From Mobula hypostoma (Eukaryota): 64,000 bases of DNA. The notes under the pieces are model-generated. The model was not told the origin of the DNA and searched no databases. It saw only the letters and a program-made list of their open reading frames with translations. The stretch covers positions 112,594,001 through 112,658,000 of the forward strand of contig NC_086108.1 of assembly GCF_963921235.1 (NCBI RefSeq), in the 5' to 3' direction. This document shows positions 63,101 through 64,000 of the stretch, piece by piece; within the stretch, counting starts at the first letter, position 1; every line of letters starts with the position of its first letter. The translations under genes were made by a program, and so were the position numbers.

Positions 63101-64000
63101 TTATTTGTAAAGATAAAGATTAGTTCTATTTGTCACTTGTACGTTGAAACAGTGAAATGTGTCATTTGCATCAACAACGAACACAGTCTGAGGATGTGCT
63201 GGGGACAGCCCACAAGCGCTGTCATAGCAAGCCCACAACTCACTAACTCTAACGCGTTCAGCTTTCGACTGTGGGAGGAAACCAGAGCACCTGGAGGAAA
63301 CCCACGTGGTCCTGGGGAGAACATACAAACTCCTTGCAGACCGAGGCGGGAATCAAATTCCAACCATTGATTGTGGTGCTGTGAAGTGTTGTGCTAACCG
63401 TGACACAACTGGACCACCCCTTTGTACCATGTTAGCACACCGTGCAATGAACTGATCCGTATGAATAACACCAACAAAAGCTGTTGAGTCTATCTTTGTC
63501 TGTGTGACAATAATAAACACATTTCCAATCATTTCTCACCAGTTTGAAAACACTCCCTCACCAGATGGCTATATTTTCAGCCACCTGGCCTCTGAGCTCC
63601 GGAATTCTATCCCTGGGCCTCACAGCGTCTTCACGCTTTTCTTTATTAAGAAACACAAGAGATTCTGCAGATGCTGAAATTCTTGAGCAACACACACAAA
63701 ATGCTGGAGGAACTCAGCAGTCAGGCAGCATCTCCAGAGAGGAAAAAATAGACAACGTTTCGGATCCTGATGAAGGGTCTCGGCCGGAAATGTCGACTGT
63801 TAATTTCTTTCTGTAGGTGCTACCTGACTTGCTGAGATTCTCCAGCATTCGTGTTGTTCTATGTTCTATATACTGTTCCCTCTAAGCTATGTGGCTGCAC
63901 AGCTACACAGTAACTGAAATGCCCCCATGCACATACCCTTTGTTACCACACAGCTGGAATATTTTTTCAGGTAATGTTAATATAATTTTGAAATCTATGT

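Noticed and set aside
63872..64000. Possible hAT terminus (ctgttccctctaag) at the window edge
   Set aside because: The other end and TSD are not visible, so it cannot be supported.

Overview
Repeat-dense vertebrate genomic DNA, not prokaryotic. The transposon mix (CR1 with esterase ORF1, Rex1/Babar-like LINE tails, V-SINEs, Penelope-derived fold-backs) suggests a cartilaginous fish, probably a ray (inference). One host gene is supported: a minus-strand DDAH1-like dimethylargininase. Its coding exons 2-6 lie at 23384-23483, 20884-20957, 19827-19946, 12205-12348 and 7735-7845, all with GT-AG junctions and in frame. Exon 1 was not found, so intron 1 probably exceeds 40 kb and runs off the right end. 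The rest is mostly transposon sequence: a decayed but complete CsRn1-type Gypsy element (24060-28176), two long CR1 copies, Tigger, Tc1 and hAT remnants, Penelope pieces with minimal hammerhead ribozyme motifs, a U1 snRNA pseudogene, and several minisatellites that grew inside transposons. I found no convincing new protein-coding system. The best leads are the retroelement-supplied exon 3 splice acceptor, the intact-core hammerhead copies and the CsRn1-type element. Coordinates of degraded repeats are approximate.
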